Of a DNA stretch of 64,000 nt, positions 12,326 to 24,643 are shown piece after piece. Origin of the DNA: Epiperipatus broadwayi. Its lineage: Eukaryota > Animalia > Onychophora. The position numbers and the translations under genes were made by a program. Where the stretch lies: contig JAQFVV010000001.1 of NCBI GenBank assembly GCA_028023455.1, forward strand, positions 372,001 through 436,000, read 5' to 3'. Each line of letters opens with the position of its first letter. Position 1 is the stretch's first letter. The notes beneath the pieces are model-generated. The model was not told the DNA's origin. It saw nothing but the letters and a program-made list of their open reading frames with translations, and searched no databases.

Positions 12326-13249
12326 TTCTATCTCTTATTAATTTTATTATTAATAAATTATGTATATTTATGTTTATACATTTGTCGTGTCTTTCCCTGG
12401 TTTACCACACCCACCCAACTATATCCACACTTAATTAATTAAAACCCCTGAAATATATAAAAAATGGTATTCTAAGCATTGTCAAAGTATTAGGTTCTTG
12501 TGGGAGCTGGTGAGTATCTGATCAATTAATTTAGTAACTAATTCATGACTGAGATTGAGTTTGAATCCATAGAGACCTTGTTTCATCCTGATCACCGGGA
12601 CTGAAAGAAAATGATTACTATTAGTAGCATCAGATGCATTGATCGGACTAGTGGAGATTTTGGAGCACTGGAAAAATGGGTTAAAACCTAGTACTGTTCT
12701 GTGACTACCATATCTCAAACATGCTGGGTTTGATGTACTTTTGCTAGCTCTCTAAATCTTGTTCGCTGAACACATGATTCTGACTTTTAAATGATTGGTT
12801 GATTTTAATTCATTTTCACAGGAATAAAAAAGAAATATAAAATTTTTATGATCAATTTTAGTTTGCCATTGGTTATAATTCTGTGAGTGATCATTTAATA
12901 TTAGTTCAATTTTGTGATTCCTCATTCTGCATTAGTGTAGTAAAAATCTACACATCATCAATCCAAATGAATGAAGAAGAAGAAAAAAAAAATTATAATC
13001 AGTTGCAAAGAATTTGAAAATTGACAAAACTTTCAATGATTGGTAAATGGAAGTCAAAATTGAAAATAAAAAGAAATGCTTGCAAGAATAAAGCAAAATA
13101 ATTAATGATCTTTTTATCATCAATATATTTTTTAAGCAGCTAAGATGGTGATGATCATCAATGAATGAAGTTCACAATACCCAGCAATAGAAAAGTTTAA
13201 TTTCAATAGTGAAAATATGGCTAGAAATAGATTGCAGAAAAAATTATGA

Positions 13250-14520
13250 ATTACTCATATGTAAATTTCTACAGAAAAAGAATTACTAACTTAGCTAATG
13301 TTCTAGACAAAATACATATAAATTGCTTTCAGAAATAAGAGATTTTGGACAAAATAGAAGTTGAATGTGGATAAATATTTGAAAACGATGAAATTATCAG
13401 AAATAGATACTGTATTAAGAAAATACAATGATAATTGCAAAGAAAAATAGAAAATACAAAAGTAAAAAAAATGAAGATGCATTAAATGAACAGAATAGTA
13501 AATTCCAAAAGGACATCCAGAAAGGATAAGATATAATAAAAATTACAAACCCCCATAATAGGACTATTTGAATTAATCATAGTATATCAGAAATTTTGCA
13601 GGAAACTGAAAGAAAATCAGTAAAAATGCTGATCAAATCATACCAATTAATTGGACAATTTACTCAATGGCCTATAGATTAAAAGAAATCAGTTTAATCA
13701 CATGCAAGTAAGATTATGCTGAAAATCATCCAATACAGATTAGAAGAAAGAGAATTACAAAATTAAATTATTTTTAGTAACAATTTAAAAACAAGAGACA
13801 CTATTGCTAATAATACATCTAAGATAATTGAAAAAACCAAACATATCAGAAAAAAATCTTCAACTTATTTATTAATTACAACAAAGTTTTTGATATGCTA
13901 AATTATAGAAAGTTTTTACAAAAATGAATGTATTTATATGGAACTAGAAACTACAAGTAAAACAAGGCTTAGTAAAACAGACTAGTTTCATAATGGCAAA
14001 TGAGTAAGACAGGATGCATACTCTTACCTTATTTATTTAATTAGCATAATGAATATGTAATGAAAGACTCCAGATTTGATGAAAAAAAATGTGGACTCAG
14101 ATTAGTGAAAAAAATGTCAAATGACTAAATATGTAGATGATATCATATGGCTACAAATAGAGTTCCTTGATACTTATTGGATAATGTGTGAAATAAGTAA
14201 ATTATAAATTGATAATGAAAGCCTAGAAGTGATTGTCATTTTTACCTTTTTGGATCATTAATCATCAACAAAAGGTTTAGCAGTCAAGAGATTTTCACAG
14301 AGTAAAACAGAGAAGACTTGTAATAAAAAACTTGGGACCATCAATATAGAGACATATCTTTGAAAATGAAATTCAGAATTTGTTCAAAATATAATGTTTC
14401 CTGTGACTGCATGAATTTGGGTTGGATACCAAAAAAAAGATAATAACTCTTTCAACTATGCTGCTGACTAATGTTGAGATGGATATGAAAAAAAGTGGAT
14501 ATTTGATTAGATTAGATTAG
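13250..14520 (+). mobile_element. Decayed RTE-clade LINE (BovB-like RT)
   Basis: Remnant motifs in order: WPID*KKSV (~13665), KIIQYRLE, TRDTIAN..IIEK (~13790), YVDDII (14130), FTFLGSL (~14240). Many stops and frameshifts. Confidence 0.8.
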
Positions 14521-16438
14521 GTTTGGATTGAAATTGTCTTAAAGTAGCAATAATAGATTATTCTAGAGAAATACTATTGATATCATTATTATAATGTTGT
14601 ATTTAGTAATAATAATGACATATTGATAGTCAATAAAAAAGCAATTTAAAAAATGAAAAAATATATATATTTGTAGTTATTTTCATAAGTTACAAGCAGA
14701 TGAATTAACCAGTGATAAATGACTTCATATAAGCATTAAGTAATGAGCCATTATTATTAACTTCATTCAAAACTACTACTAAATTCAGTCTATGATGACA
14801 ATCGTAATATCATTTTCAAAATAACCTTAGTTATAAAAAATAAAGTTTTTTTAAGACTAGGATTTTTTAATATAATAGTTTGTAAATCAATGTATTTATA
14901 TTGTATCCTTTTATTTGATACACCCCCTCATAAAGTAAATTGGAAATAAATTTTAAGGTGTATAATTTTAAATTTTATGAAGTAAATATATTTATTTATT
15001 AAATGAAGAAAAATAAAGGTCATTTTAGTTGTCAAAGTGTTTGAACTTTTGATTAGTTCATTTGAAGTAGCATAAATTATATAAATATTGGTTAAAGTAT
15101 TTATTTTAAAAGGTATATAAGAGATAAAATAATAAAATTTAACTTAATAATATTTGTTAATAATTAGTTGTTTAATAATATTTAAAATTATAGGGAAGTT
15201 CAAATCTAATATTATAAATGAAAATATGCATTATAGAGATAATCATGTCTGTGCGCATCTGATATTATAAAGTAATGGCTATTTCCAGTGAAATCTTAAT
15301 TTATTTTACAAAATAAATATTTATATTGTTAATTTTGTGAAGAAAAGTTTATAAAATTAATTTAGGATTTAGTCTATATAAAATATAATTAAAATGATCT
15401 AAGGTGATTTAAAGTAAATTGTATTAAATTCAGTTCATTAAAGGTATTATTTTTTTTATTAGTAAATATTTTGAACAGATAAAATATATTTTAAAAGATA
15501 ATAAAGTTAGATGTAACTAATGGAATATTCAGAACAAGAGGAGTAGAATAATTAACCAATGAGAGAGTGCAATTTGGAATATTTTAAAAACAGGCAGACA
15601 ATGTTTCGAAGGAAAAAAAATAGGGGGATAATAAAAAAAGATTACAGATCGGATGAAAAATAATTTTGTTCTTCTCTAAAATTTTGTTATAAACTATTTT
15701 AAATATCAATATCAATAGTAATAGTTTTAAAAAAACTAATATCGATTTATTTGATAATCTCAAAAATATATTATAAATTTTTCTGTTAAAATAATGGAGT
15801 AAAGAAAGGTTAAGTCTCTACTCATAAAATCAACAGCTTAATAATTTGGGGAAATATCTGGGAATCATTATATTAAAAAAATATTAAAAGAATGGAAGGA
15901 AAAGGCTATAAAATTATGTCAAAATGCTGTAAATTAATAAAGGAACTCAAGGAAACCACAGTGAATAAGAAATTAATACATGATTTCATTATTAAGCATA
16001 CTGAGGTATCTATACATAGAAGTTGTAAAAGACTAAGTTAGAATTTATGGATGGATCACAAGAAATTTATTGCGGACAGAGTTAAGTATAAATATTTTAA
16101 TATAGATAAAACTATATCAATAAATAATGATAGTGGAAATATTTGTGTATGGAAGATAGGATTTATGATTCGAAGAGAGCCTGTAAAAATGTATCTAAAT
16201 GATAATTTAAAGGATATAGAATATATATAAATAGTTATTATTTTTAGTACAACTATCATGTATAATGAAATTTGAAGGAGGAATTATAGTAGATGAATAA
16301 TAAAAAGTTAAAAGGATGTATGATGTAACGGAATCTGGTGGCAACTATTATGTGGCTAGTTTGACATTGGATTGTTATGATGTTTATTTAGCCCAAGTCT
16401 TTTTAAAATGAAGTCAAATATACAGATATTACATTTAT

Positions 16439-16670
16439 TGTAATACACACACATATTAGTACGATAGTTAATTAACGTTTTCTTTTGATTGGGGTTTTCA
16501 TCTTAATATAATAAAAAAAAATATACATTGGTTGTGTCTATATATATATGTGGGTTTATTTATTTTATAATTAAAAATATACGTTTAATTGGTTATTAAC
16601 TAAAACGAAAAAAAAAAAGAACTAGATTTGGTAGTGAGCGATAAGGCTAGATCGAAAAGATATCCTTACA
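16439..16670 (-). repeat. Putative 3' LTR (232 bp) with polypurine tract
   Basis: Minus strand reads AAGGGTGGGAAAAT (16671-16684), then TGTAAGG ... ATTACA. It contains AATAAA and lies just downstream of the integrase. Confidence 0.65.
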
Positions 16671-16689
16671 ATTTTCCCACCCTTACAGA

Positions 16690-18420
16690 GTTCAAATTTA
16701 AAGTTATTATTAAAATTTTAGCCTTCATTTAGAGTGCATAATTTAAGTTTAATGTTGTTGAAGAAGGAGGGTTATGAAATCTATTTACCCTAATCTATAT
16801 CTTTTAATGATTATACAACTATTGCTTTCTAATTTCTTTCTTTGTTCCTTGTGTCTTAACACAATGAGATTTATATGAGGTCTCTTTGATGTGTCTCTAT
16901 AGTAGAAGGCACATAGTCAACTAGTTAACCTTTTACCCTGCTCCTTTGAGGCATATTGAGTTTCATACAAGGACTAAATTAATATCGGAGTGTTTACCAT
17001 TCTATATGAATCAGCTCCTAAGTCTCGGTTGACTCTAAAGCATCCCAGTAATTGTTTTTATAATTATCTGGGTCTACTCTCATTGTATGTTAAATGATCC
17101 TATTATTTAATTTTATTTTTGTTCTTGTCTCATTTTCTTTTCTAATGCTGATTGAGAATCATGCCTATTTTTTTTTTAATCAAGCATATCCATTCAGTGA
17201 TCATTCTGTTTGATCAAAATAAGGTTTCAAACTATGTATATCATAGGTTGCTTTCACTTCTCCATCTATATCTATCCAAAATGCATTCAGAGTGGACTGT
17301 TTCACAATAGTGAAAGGTCTCTCGTATTGATTATAAAATTTTTGACATTTTCCCTCTAATGGTTTACTTGCATGGGGTGTTTTGATAAATACTTTATCTC
17401 CTATCTGGAAATTGTGGGTACTTCCTTCCTTATATTTGTTCCTTCTATCAGCTTTGACTGTTAGTTAAACATATTCTTTCAATATGTTCTTTTCTGGATC
17501 ATTTTCAGTATATTTAATGGGAGGTTTATATTTGTTAAATGAAGTGGAATATGTTGGTTAAAGTGTAGTCGAATGGGCGTGAATTCTGTTGATTCATTTA
17601 TACTCCAATTGATGTAACTGACTACACATTCTGTTTGTCTTACCCACTCTTTATGCTTATCCTCTAGGTACGTCCAAGTTCCCACATTACGCATTCCCAG
17701 GAGTTTGACTGTGGATTTCTAATGGATGTGAGCACATGTCTAATTTGAGATTTTTCCACCCATCATTTCCATCCTTTGGATAAGAAAGATGTACCATGAT
17801 CTATTATAATAGTATTATTGTTTTCCTATCTTTAAGAATTTGGAGAGTGTCTAATACTTTGATCGTAGGTCTGGTATTAGCTTGGGGTATTAGGTAAATG
17901 TACTTTGAAAAAAGATCATATGTAACTAATAAGTATTTCTTTTTATTAAATATGGGCAATGGCCCATAATAGTCAATCACTAAGATCTCAATTGGTCTTT
18001 TTGGTATAATTGACTTTAAAGTATTACTATAATTTTGGTTTACTGGCTTGGCTCGTAGGCATACTAAACAATTAAGTTCGTTTTTATTATTGTCCTCAGC
18101 TTTCATTGTTTAATGTGCTTGCATTTTATTCCTTTTTTCATCTTTATATATATCTATTGTTACGTGTATTATCTTGATTATAAGCAAAGAAAAATTATGC
18201 AATAGAATTATGTTTATTCTTTTATCTTCTGTATTTGGTTACCTAGTGACTGTTTTGACATTGGGTTGTTACCATTAGAAACCTTACCAAAATATGGGAC
18301 AGAGGTAAGATCTTTATTTATTGCTATTTCATATAAAAAAGAAATATAAAGTTTTGACAATACAGAATTTATATTGTTTATTTTTCTTTTGTTAATTAAC
18401 AGTTGTTCATGCATGTTTAT
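16690..18420 (-). mobile_element. Gypsy-type integrase pseudogene
   Basis: CLVC..PKRPIEILVIDYYGPLP..KYLLVTYDLFSKY (17804-18106), W..VVSYINWSINESTEFTPIRLHF (17479-17694), FQIGDKVFI..YERPFTIV (GPY/F). No RT or RNase H recognised. Confidence 0.9.
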
Positions 18421-19556
18421 TCATAAATGATTAACATTTCTGCATAAATTGCCCTTTCTATTTAACTTCTACATATTAAGAGGGGTTCTTTCAGAGAGAG
18501 AAAACGCTATTATTGGAATTAAACCCAGTAGTTATTTCAATATATTTTTGTTTATTTGATTAATTAGTTAGTTAATTTCACCATCAATGCAATGTTGAAT
18601 TAATAATTTTTTTGTTGTTGTTGTTACATTTATTTACTTTATATATAACGATTATACCTATTAGGAAAAGGGTTGGTTTAATGAATATTTTTAATTAATA
18701 ATATGATGCATACTTAACACACACATATATAATTTTTTTATTTATTTTTTGTTAAAGAAGTTTGTCAATTTATGTTTGTAAATAAACATTGTTAGTTTGC
18801 TTCTCATTAAACTATCTCTAGTTTAGAAAATCATTTCTTTCCCATTCATCAAACGATCATCATACATACATACACAGAGATTTTTTTTTTGTATATTATA
18901 ACACAGTGATAGGATTAAATGAGTATTATAGTTGATTTATGATATATATATATAAGCATACTATAATTCCTACTTAAGTTAAATTCATTGCTGAAGAGAG
19001 TTAATTGCAATATTCTCCCTGGGTTCGAATTCTGAGGCATATGTGGAATCTGAAAGAGGGTAAGATATAGATGAACTAATCTAAATTATGTTTATATTTA
19101 ATGTGTGTAATAAGATCTAGCCCACTAGAAGTAGACATGATCATTGGTTAGTTACTTCATTGCATCATTATTAACATCCTACCTGAAGATCCTAAGTCTG
19201 ATCATTATTGGATCCATTCTCCTCTTTTAATAGAATAAACCAAATTGTCACATATTCTGATGCAACCAGCCACATAGTAGTTGCCACCAGATTCCGTTAC
19301 AATGGATATAGTATGAAGAAAATGATAAAAGGTAAAATTTAAAGGAAGACCATATTTACATGTGTAATAAGACAATAGTAGTTTGCCTTGAAAATGAATG
19401 AATCATTTATAAAATACCATGAAATGGAAAAACAAGATAAGTATTAAAAAAAGTGAATAAATATGAGGACAAATAATGAGTAAATATGGATTTGAGTGGA
19501 AAGATTTGGATAAACTAGTGAATATTAATTCTTATTAAATGCAAAGTCAGCACATA

Positions 19557-19632
19557 ATACTTATATAAGGCTAAAACTTCAGTACATGCTAAAATTAAGC
19601 ACTCAAGGCCCATGTTAGCCTTATATAAGTAT
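19557..19632. repeat. 76-bp hairpin / mini-MITE with perfect 18-bp inverted repeat
   Basis: ATACTTATATAAGGCTAA (19557-19574) / TTAGCCTTATATAAGTAT (19615-19632). Confidence 0.7.
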
Positions 19633-21708
19633 AAACTAGTGAAGTAAGCATTATATTATTTGGAATGTAACACATATATTAAGGATAATGTTAGTCTACA
19701 TTAAGAAAGAATGTGTAAATTATTATATTCAAAAGGGTAACATGACAAGATATAAATAAGGGATAATGCAAGACAGAAGTATAGAGGTGAATTGGTGAAT
19801 CTTGATATTATAATAAATACAATAAGTTTATAAATAAAATTATAATATGCAAATTGAAAATGATATTTGATTGTTAAAAAAAAAAACAGTGGAATTTTGT
19901 ATTTTGTGATATTATTATAAGAACAAAAAGAGCAGAAGTGAATGTGTGTGTGTGGGGGGGGGCACTAATGCTTCATTTGATAAAGTGCTTTGAAATGATT
20001 TGGTTACTATAAAAATTAAAGCTCTTCAATGATGAACCAGGTAAAAGCATATTATGTTTTAAAAGGGGGAAAAAAACTGTTAACAAAGTTTTTGAATATC
20101 ACATAATTTTTATAATTTATATAATTATTATTAATACAGGGAAATAAGTAAATGTATAAAAGTTAATTTATTTAATTCATTTATCTATGTAATTAATTGT
20201 TTAAAATTTTGTTCATTTTATTAAACATTATTAAATAATTATAATAAAGGGGGATAAACAATAAGCTAGTAAAATATACATATGAAAGTAATCACTTATG
20301 TTTATTATAAGAAGATTGAATATGACTGTGTTCGAACATAATATTGAAACTATGGATTGTAATATTTAAACTTTGATCTTATATTCAACTATAAATAATT
20401 TAATATAATTATGGTGGAGTTATAACCAATCCTAATTTGTAATTCATTATAGTGTATTATTGGTAAAATAAGTATAGATTGGAGATGAAGGCAAAGAAAA
20501 TTACATTGATAAAATTAGAAATAGGAAGTTAATAGCTGAGTTGTTTATATAAAATAAATACTAGGATTTTGTTATTTTAAAATGTATTAAAAGTGTTATA
20601 TCAATATTTAGGATAGTATCATAAACTTTAAATGTAAATTATTACAGGATAAGCTAAATTATTATATTTGAAAGTGTATAGTATAATATTTTCATTTTTT
20701 TATTTGGTCACAGATTTAATAAGGCCATTGGAAAATTGAATGTGACATAATGAAAAATCAATGATTCAATAATTATTGAATTATTATTTTATTGGTAGAA
20801 AGAAAGATCAAATGATAAATGTCATGAGGTATATAAAAGAAGATAAATATTTAATAATATTAAAATCAGATTATTTTATTTAAGAAAGAAAACAATTATA
20901 TACATTTTTGAATCTTCTTATATCTTTGCAATATAATTTATAAGGGGGTAAAAAAAGTCTATAAAAAGGACTGATTATTTAATAAATATAAATGATTTGT
21001 TATATAAGAAAATAAAGTTCAGTATAATAATAGAACCATATCATATAAAAATGGAGTATTGAATTTAAGATGGATGTAATTATAATGAAAGGAAATATAA
21101 ATGTTTGAATGTTTAAATATTTTACTGTATGACATTATTATATAATGTTTTTTATATTGTTATGTGCTAATTTATTTATTAGTTCAAAAATAATTATTAA
21201 AAGATTTCATAAATAATATGTTAATAAAGTTAATGTTTATAAGTTGAACTAAATATTTAGAGTAGCATTTTTTTAGCTGGAGTCATCATCACTACACCAT
21301 CTTCACACATTACTAATTGTACTATACACTTAAATTAAAGTGTAAAGTTTAAAATTTAAATAAATTTCATAATAAGATATTGCATAACAATTATACAAGA
21401 ATAACAATTCTCAAATATATATTAATTTATTCCAATTTACCTTGATCACATAAGTCATTAATAAAATATATATTGTAAAACTATTAAAGTATGTTTATTT
21501 ATAGTAAATCAGATTATGAATTATTTATTGTTGGGATTATATATTATGATTATAATTTAAATAAAAGTAGTTTTTTATTATTAAAATATTAGAGGTCATA
21601 TAATAGTTAAGATTTTACTTCATTAACGCTTGAAATAAATTAATCTATATATGTGCTCTGTGCACAGATAATGAAGCTATTAATTGTCTATGAAATTATT
21701 AAAATTTT

Positions 21709-21754
21709 CTGCCAAGCGCTTTCGGAACAGTTTGTAGTCCCATATTCATGGCGA
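21709..21754 (-). ncRNA. Variant hammerhead ribozyme, family A
   Basis: TCGCC ATGAATA T GGGAC tacaaact GTTCC GAA AGCGCT T GGCAG. Confidence 0.72.
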
Positions 21755-22066
21755 CTTGTATTCTATTACTGACTATAATATTGATGCAAATTTTATGCAA
21801 ATTTATATGCAGATGTAATTCGGTTTTCATTGAGCACGAGAGAGCCACTGGACATACTTTTCTACTCCCTACAGCCAGTGTCATTTGCTCTGAAACAAAC
21901 GACACCAAACGTAAAGTTAGGGAAGCTTACTACATCGTAAGTGACCCATCGGCAATCAACGGAAGAGAGGCCTGCTTTTCCCTATCTCGAAAATGGTCCA
22001 AGTAACATCTGCATATAAATTTGCATAAAATTTGCATCAATATTATAGTCAGTAATAGAATACAAG

Positions 22067-22112
22067 TCGCCATGAATATGGGACTACAAACTGTCCTGAA
22101 AGCGCTTGGTGG
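22067..22112 (+). ncRNA. Variant hammerhead ribozyme, family A
   Basis: TCGCC ATGAATA T GGGAC tacaaact GTCCT GAA AGCGCT T GGTGG (C11.1 to T, consistent with CpG decay). Confidence 0.7.
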
Positions 22113-23164
22113 AAAATTTTAATAATTTCATAGACAATTAATAGCTTCATTATCTGTGCGCAGAGCACATATATAGATTAATTTAGGTCATATAATATAA
22201 AATAGTAATATAATTTTAATTATAAATTAAGGTGATTAGCCTTTTCTTAATTAATACACTACCTATATAATTAAGTAAAATCCCTCTTGATATCTTATAG
22301 GTGAAATGAATAACTAATTAAAAATCAATGATAATGTTGAGATCTCCCTAATATAATAATATTATGGTTATTATTAATTATAATCCTATAAATGTCTCAA
22401 CAAAAAAACAGTGAAATGGACCACTTTCTAGCCTTCCTTAGTGGCATTCACTCAATTTATCACAGATAATCAAAACAAAACATTTTCATTTTACCATTAT
22501 TTTTTATCTGTTGTTACAAAGCCAGTTCATTTTTATTGTTTTATTGTACTTTGTATAGAATAAAATCTCAATATCTTTTAAGAAAAATAAAAAATATGTA
22601 GCTTACAATTATTTTGATCTTAAGTATTGTTTTTGTAAAACAAAACACTTACAATTGACTTTAAGGCAAATAAGAAAATTAAAAATTTGAAAAAATAAAT
22701 ATCATTTACAAATAATAAAGATTTGAAGAAAAAAAAGGTGATTTATTATTATTTATACTTCAGTATTATCTATTATTATGAGAATCAACTTTTCAAAAAT
22801 AAATAAATTTCAATTTATTGATTAATTTTCATAGTATGGCGTCAATGCCTTCATGCAGTTAAATAAAAGCAGAATCTAAAACAATCATCGAATGTAGTAC
22901 ACCAATTACATAGGTATCAACATACTGATTGTTAAATGTTTTAAAAATTCACTACATTTAGTAGCTACTAAACATTCAGATAGTATGTAATGAAAATTAA
23001 ATGATAACAGAAATTTTTTAAGTAAAAATATTTTTAAAAAAATTGATACAAGAAATGAAATAAAAATAATGTAGAATTAGTATAAGGTAAAAAAATTAAA
23101 GTTTTTATATAATATTTTTCAATATATATATATTAGTTCTATAAATATAACAAAAATAAAATAT

Positions 23165-23235
23165 ATAGTGGTTGTATAAGATAAAGTGGACAAGTGAAGA
23201 AAGCTTGAAAGTCTGGGTTCAAATCATCTTTAATT
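23165..23235 (+). mobile_element. tRNA-like SINE fragment of the HHR-linked family
   Basis: tatagtggttg..gtgga..agcttgaaagtctgGGTTCAAATC matches the segment downstream of the HHR at 23850-23920 (-). B-box-like GGTTCAAATC. Confidence 0.5.
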
Positions 23236-23950
23236 ACATCTAGCTTAAGTATATATATTATATTTGTATTTAAATATATGAGATAATTACAAATAAATAA
23301 AATATCTAATTTAAACTTAGAATATTCAGCAGAAAAGCATAAATGATCTATTATGCCATTTTCAGACTGAATGTAATTAATTCTTAAAAATTTCTATAAA
23401 ATTATTAAGTCATTAATCTTTATTTTGAACACTGCAATTCTCTATATAGTTAAAAACAGACTAATATTGAAGAATTTCAAATATGAATTACATTTTGTTT
23501 TAGATTAAATTATTTCTAATAAACAAATATTATATATATCATTTATAAAAAATATATTTTTTAAAATTATTAGACTTATAGTAATTAATATATCTCAGGA
23601 ATAACATATTTAAAATGGCATACTTAGGTAAATTTAGATTATTTTTAATAAATGAATAAATTTACATAAATTGGAGAGTTTAGATAAACATGCTATTTTT
23701 ACTGATAAGTTAATTATTACTAATAAATAAATAAATTTATACATGTATACATATCCATATTAAAAAAAAAAATCCCTTAAAAATTATTACTTTTAAAGTA
23801 AATATTTGAAATACAGGCGTTCTTCATATACCTGGAGCTTAATTGTACAAATAGGGATTTGAACTCAGACTTTCAAGCTCCCTTCAACTATCCACACTAT
23901 TTCATACCACTATATACATGACTATACACATGTAAAAAAGATAAATAATC

Positions 23951-23994
23951 ACTAATATTCGTATTTCATGCTAAACCAGCACTCATCAGTTGGT
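23951..23994 (-). ncRNA. Minimal type-I hammerhead ribozyme, canonical core (family B)
   Basis: ACCAA CTGATGA GTGCT ggttt AGCAT GAA ATACGAAT A TTAGT. Confidence 0.8.
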
Positions 23995-24206
23995 CTATAT
24001 TATCATCTCCCACACATATATATACAATCAGTGACAATAATATTGGCATCAGCACGGGATTTGGGCTTTCCATCATCAGATTTTCAATGGTATGGATAGC
24101 TGAAGAGTTGGAGTAGACTAAAGCCCGTTCATTAAAGTATGAAGATTTTCTATCTTAATATAAACTGAGCACTGATTATATATATGTGTAGGAGAAGATA
24201 ATCAGG

Positions 24207-24250
24207 ACCAACTGATGAGTGCTGGTTTAGCATGAAATACATATATTGGT
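24207..24250 (+). ncRNA. Minimal type-I hammerhead ribozyme, canonical core (family B)
   Basis: ACCAA CTGATGA GTGCT ggttt AGCAT GAA ATACATAT A TTGGT. The two copies together imply the stem III palindrome ATACGTAT. Confidence 0.85.
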
Positions 24251-24643
24251 GATTATTTAGTATGAGATAGGTTCTTGAAAGTCTGAATTCAAATCCCCTA
24301 TATTTTCTTAAAGTAAACAATATATTCTGGATATTTACATTTAAATTGGCAAATATTGCTGTATTTTTTTCCTAGATTAATTACTTCTAATAAAGAAATA
24401 AATTTACATATAAATATATATTAATTAATACTAAAAAAAATTATTTTTTAAAAATTATTAAACTTATAGTAATCAATATTTCTCAGGAATACCATATTTA
24501 AATTGCTTTATATAAATAAATTTGAAAATCTTTTTTTTTTAGATTAATATTCCTAATAAATGAATAAATTTACATATGTACACACATTTACATGCAAAAA
24601 AATATATTTCTTTAAATTATTCATCTAACAGTAATGGATATAC

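Larger units (their letters stand above)
16324..19301. mobile_element. TIR element with TGT termini (Ginger-like) enclosing a Gypsy 3' fragment
   Basis: 38-bp TIR TGTAACGGAATCTGGTGGCAACTA(T/C)TATGTGGCT(A/G)GTT at 16324-16361 and 19264-19301 (2 mismatches). Flanks ATGA / ATGG are a possible 4-bp TSD with one mismatch. Confidence 0.6.
21606..22184 (+). mobile_element. Miniature PLE insertion: inverted pseudo-LTR + GIY-YIG C-terminus + pseudo-LTR, 13-bp TSD
   Basis: Arms ~21637-21816 and 22006-22184 are near-perfect inverted repeats. The spacer encodes SVFIEHERATGH..INGREACFSLSRKWSK*. TSD AGGTCATATAATA at 21593-21605 and 22185-22197. Confidence 0.92.
23803..24307. mobile_element. Foldback HHR + tRNA-like element with 10-bp TSD
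   Basis: Inverted arms ~23850-24035 and ~24169-24303 (one with an internal deletion) around a ~135-nt spacer. TSD TTAAAGTAAA at 23793-23802 and 24308-24317. Each arm carries an HHR, then a segment ending in AGTTCAAATCCC / AATTCAAATCCC. Confidence 0.8.

Noticed and set aside
15500-16300. Very old plus-strand Gypsy integrase C-terminus with PPT-like GAAGGAGGAA
   Set aside because: Resemblance is weak (DRVKYKYFN..; W..IN..) and no diagnostic motif survives.
24085-24135. Extra HHR-like cores in the spacer (CTGATGA-TG-GAAA on -, CTGAAGA on +)
   Set aside because: There is no stem II in the first case, no GAAA in the second, and stem I does not close.
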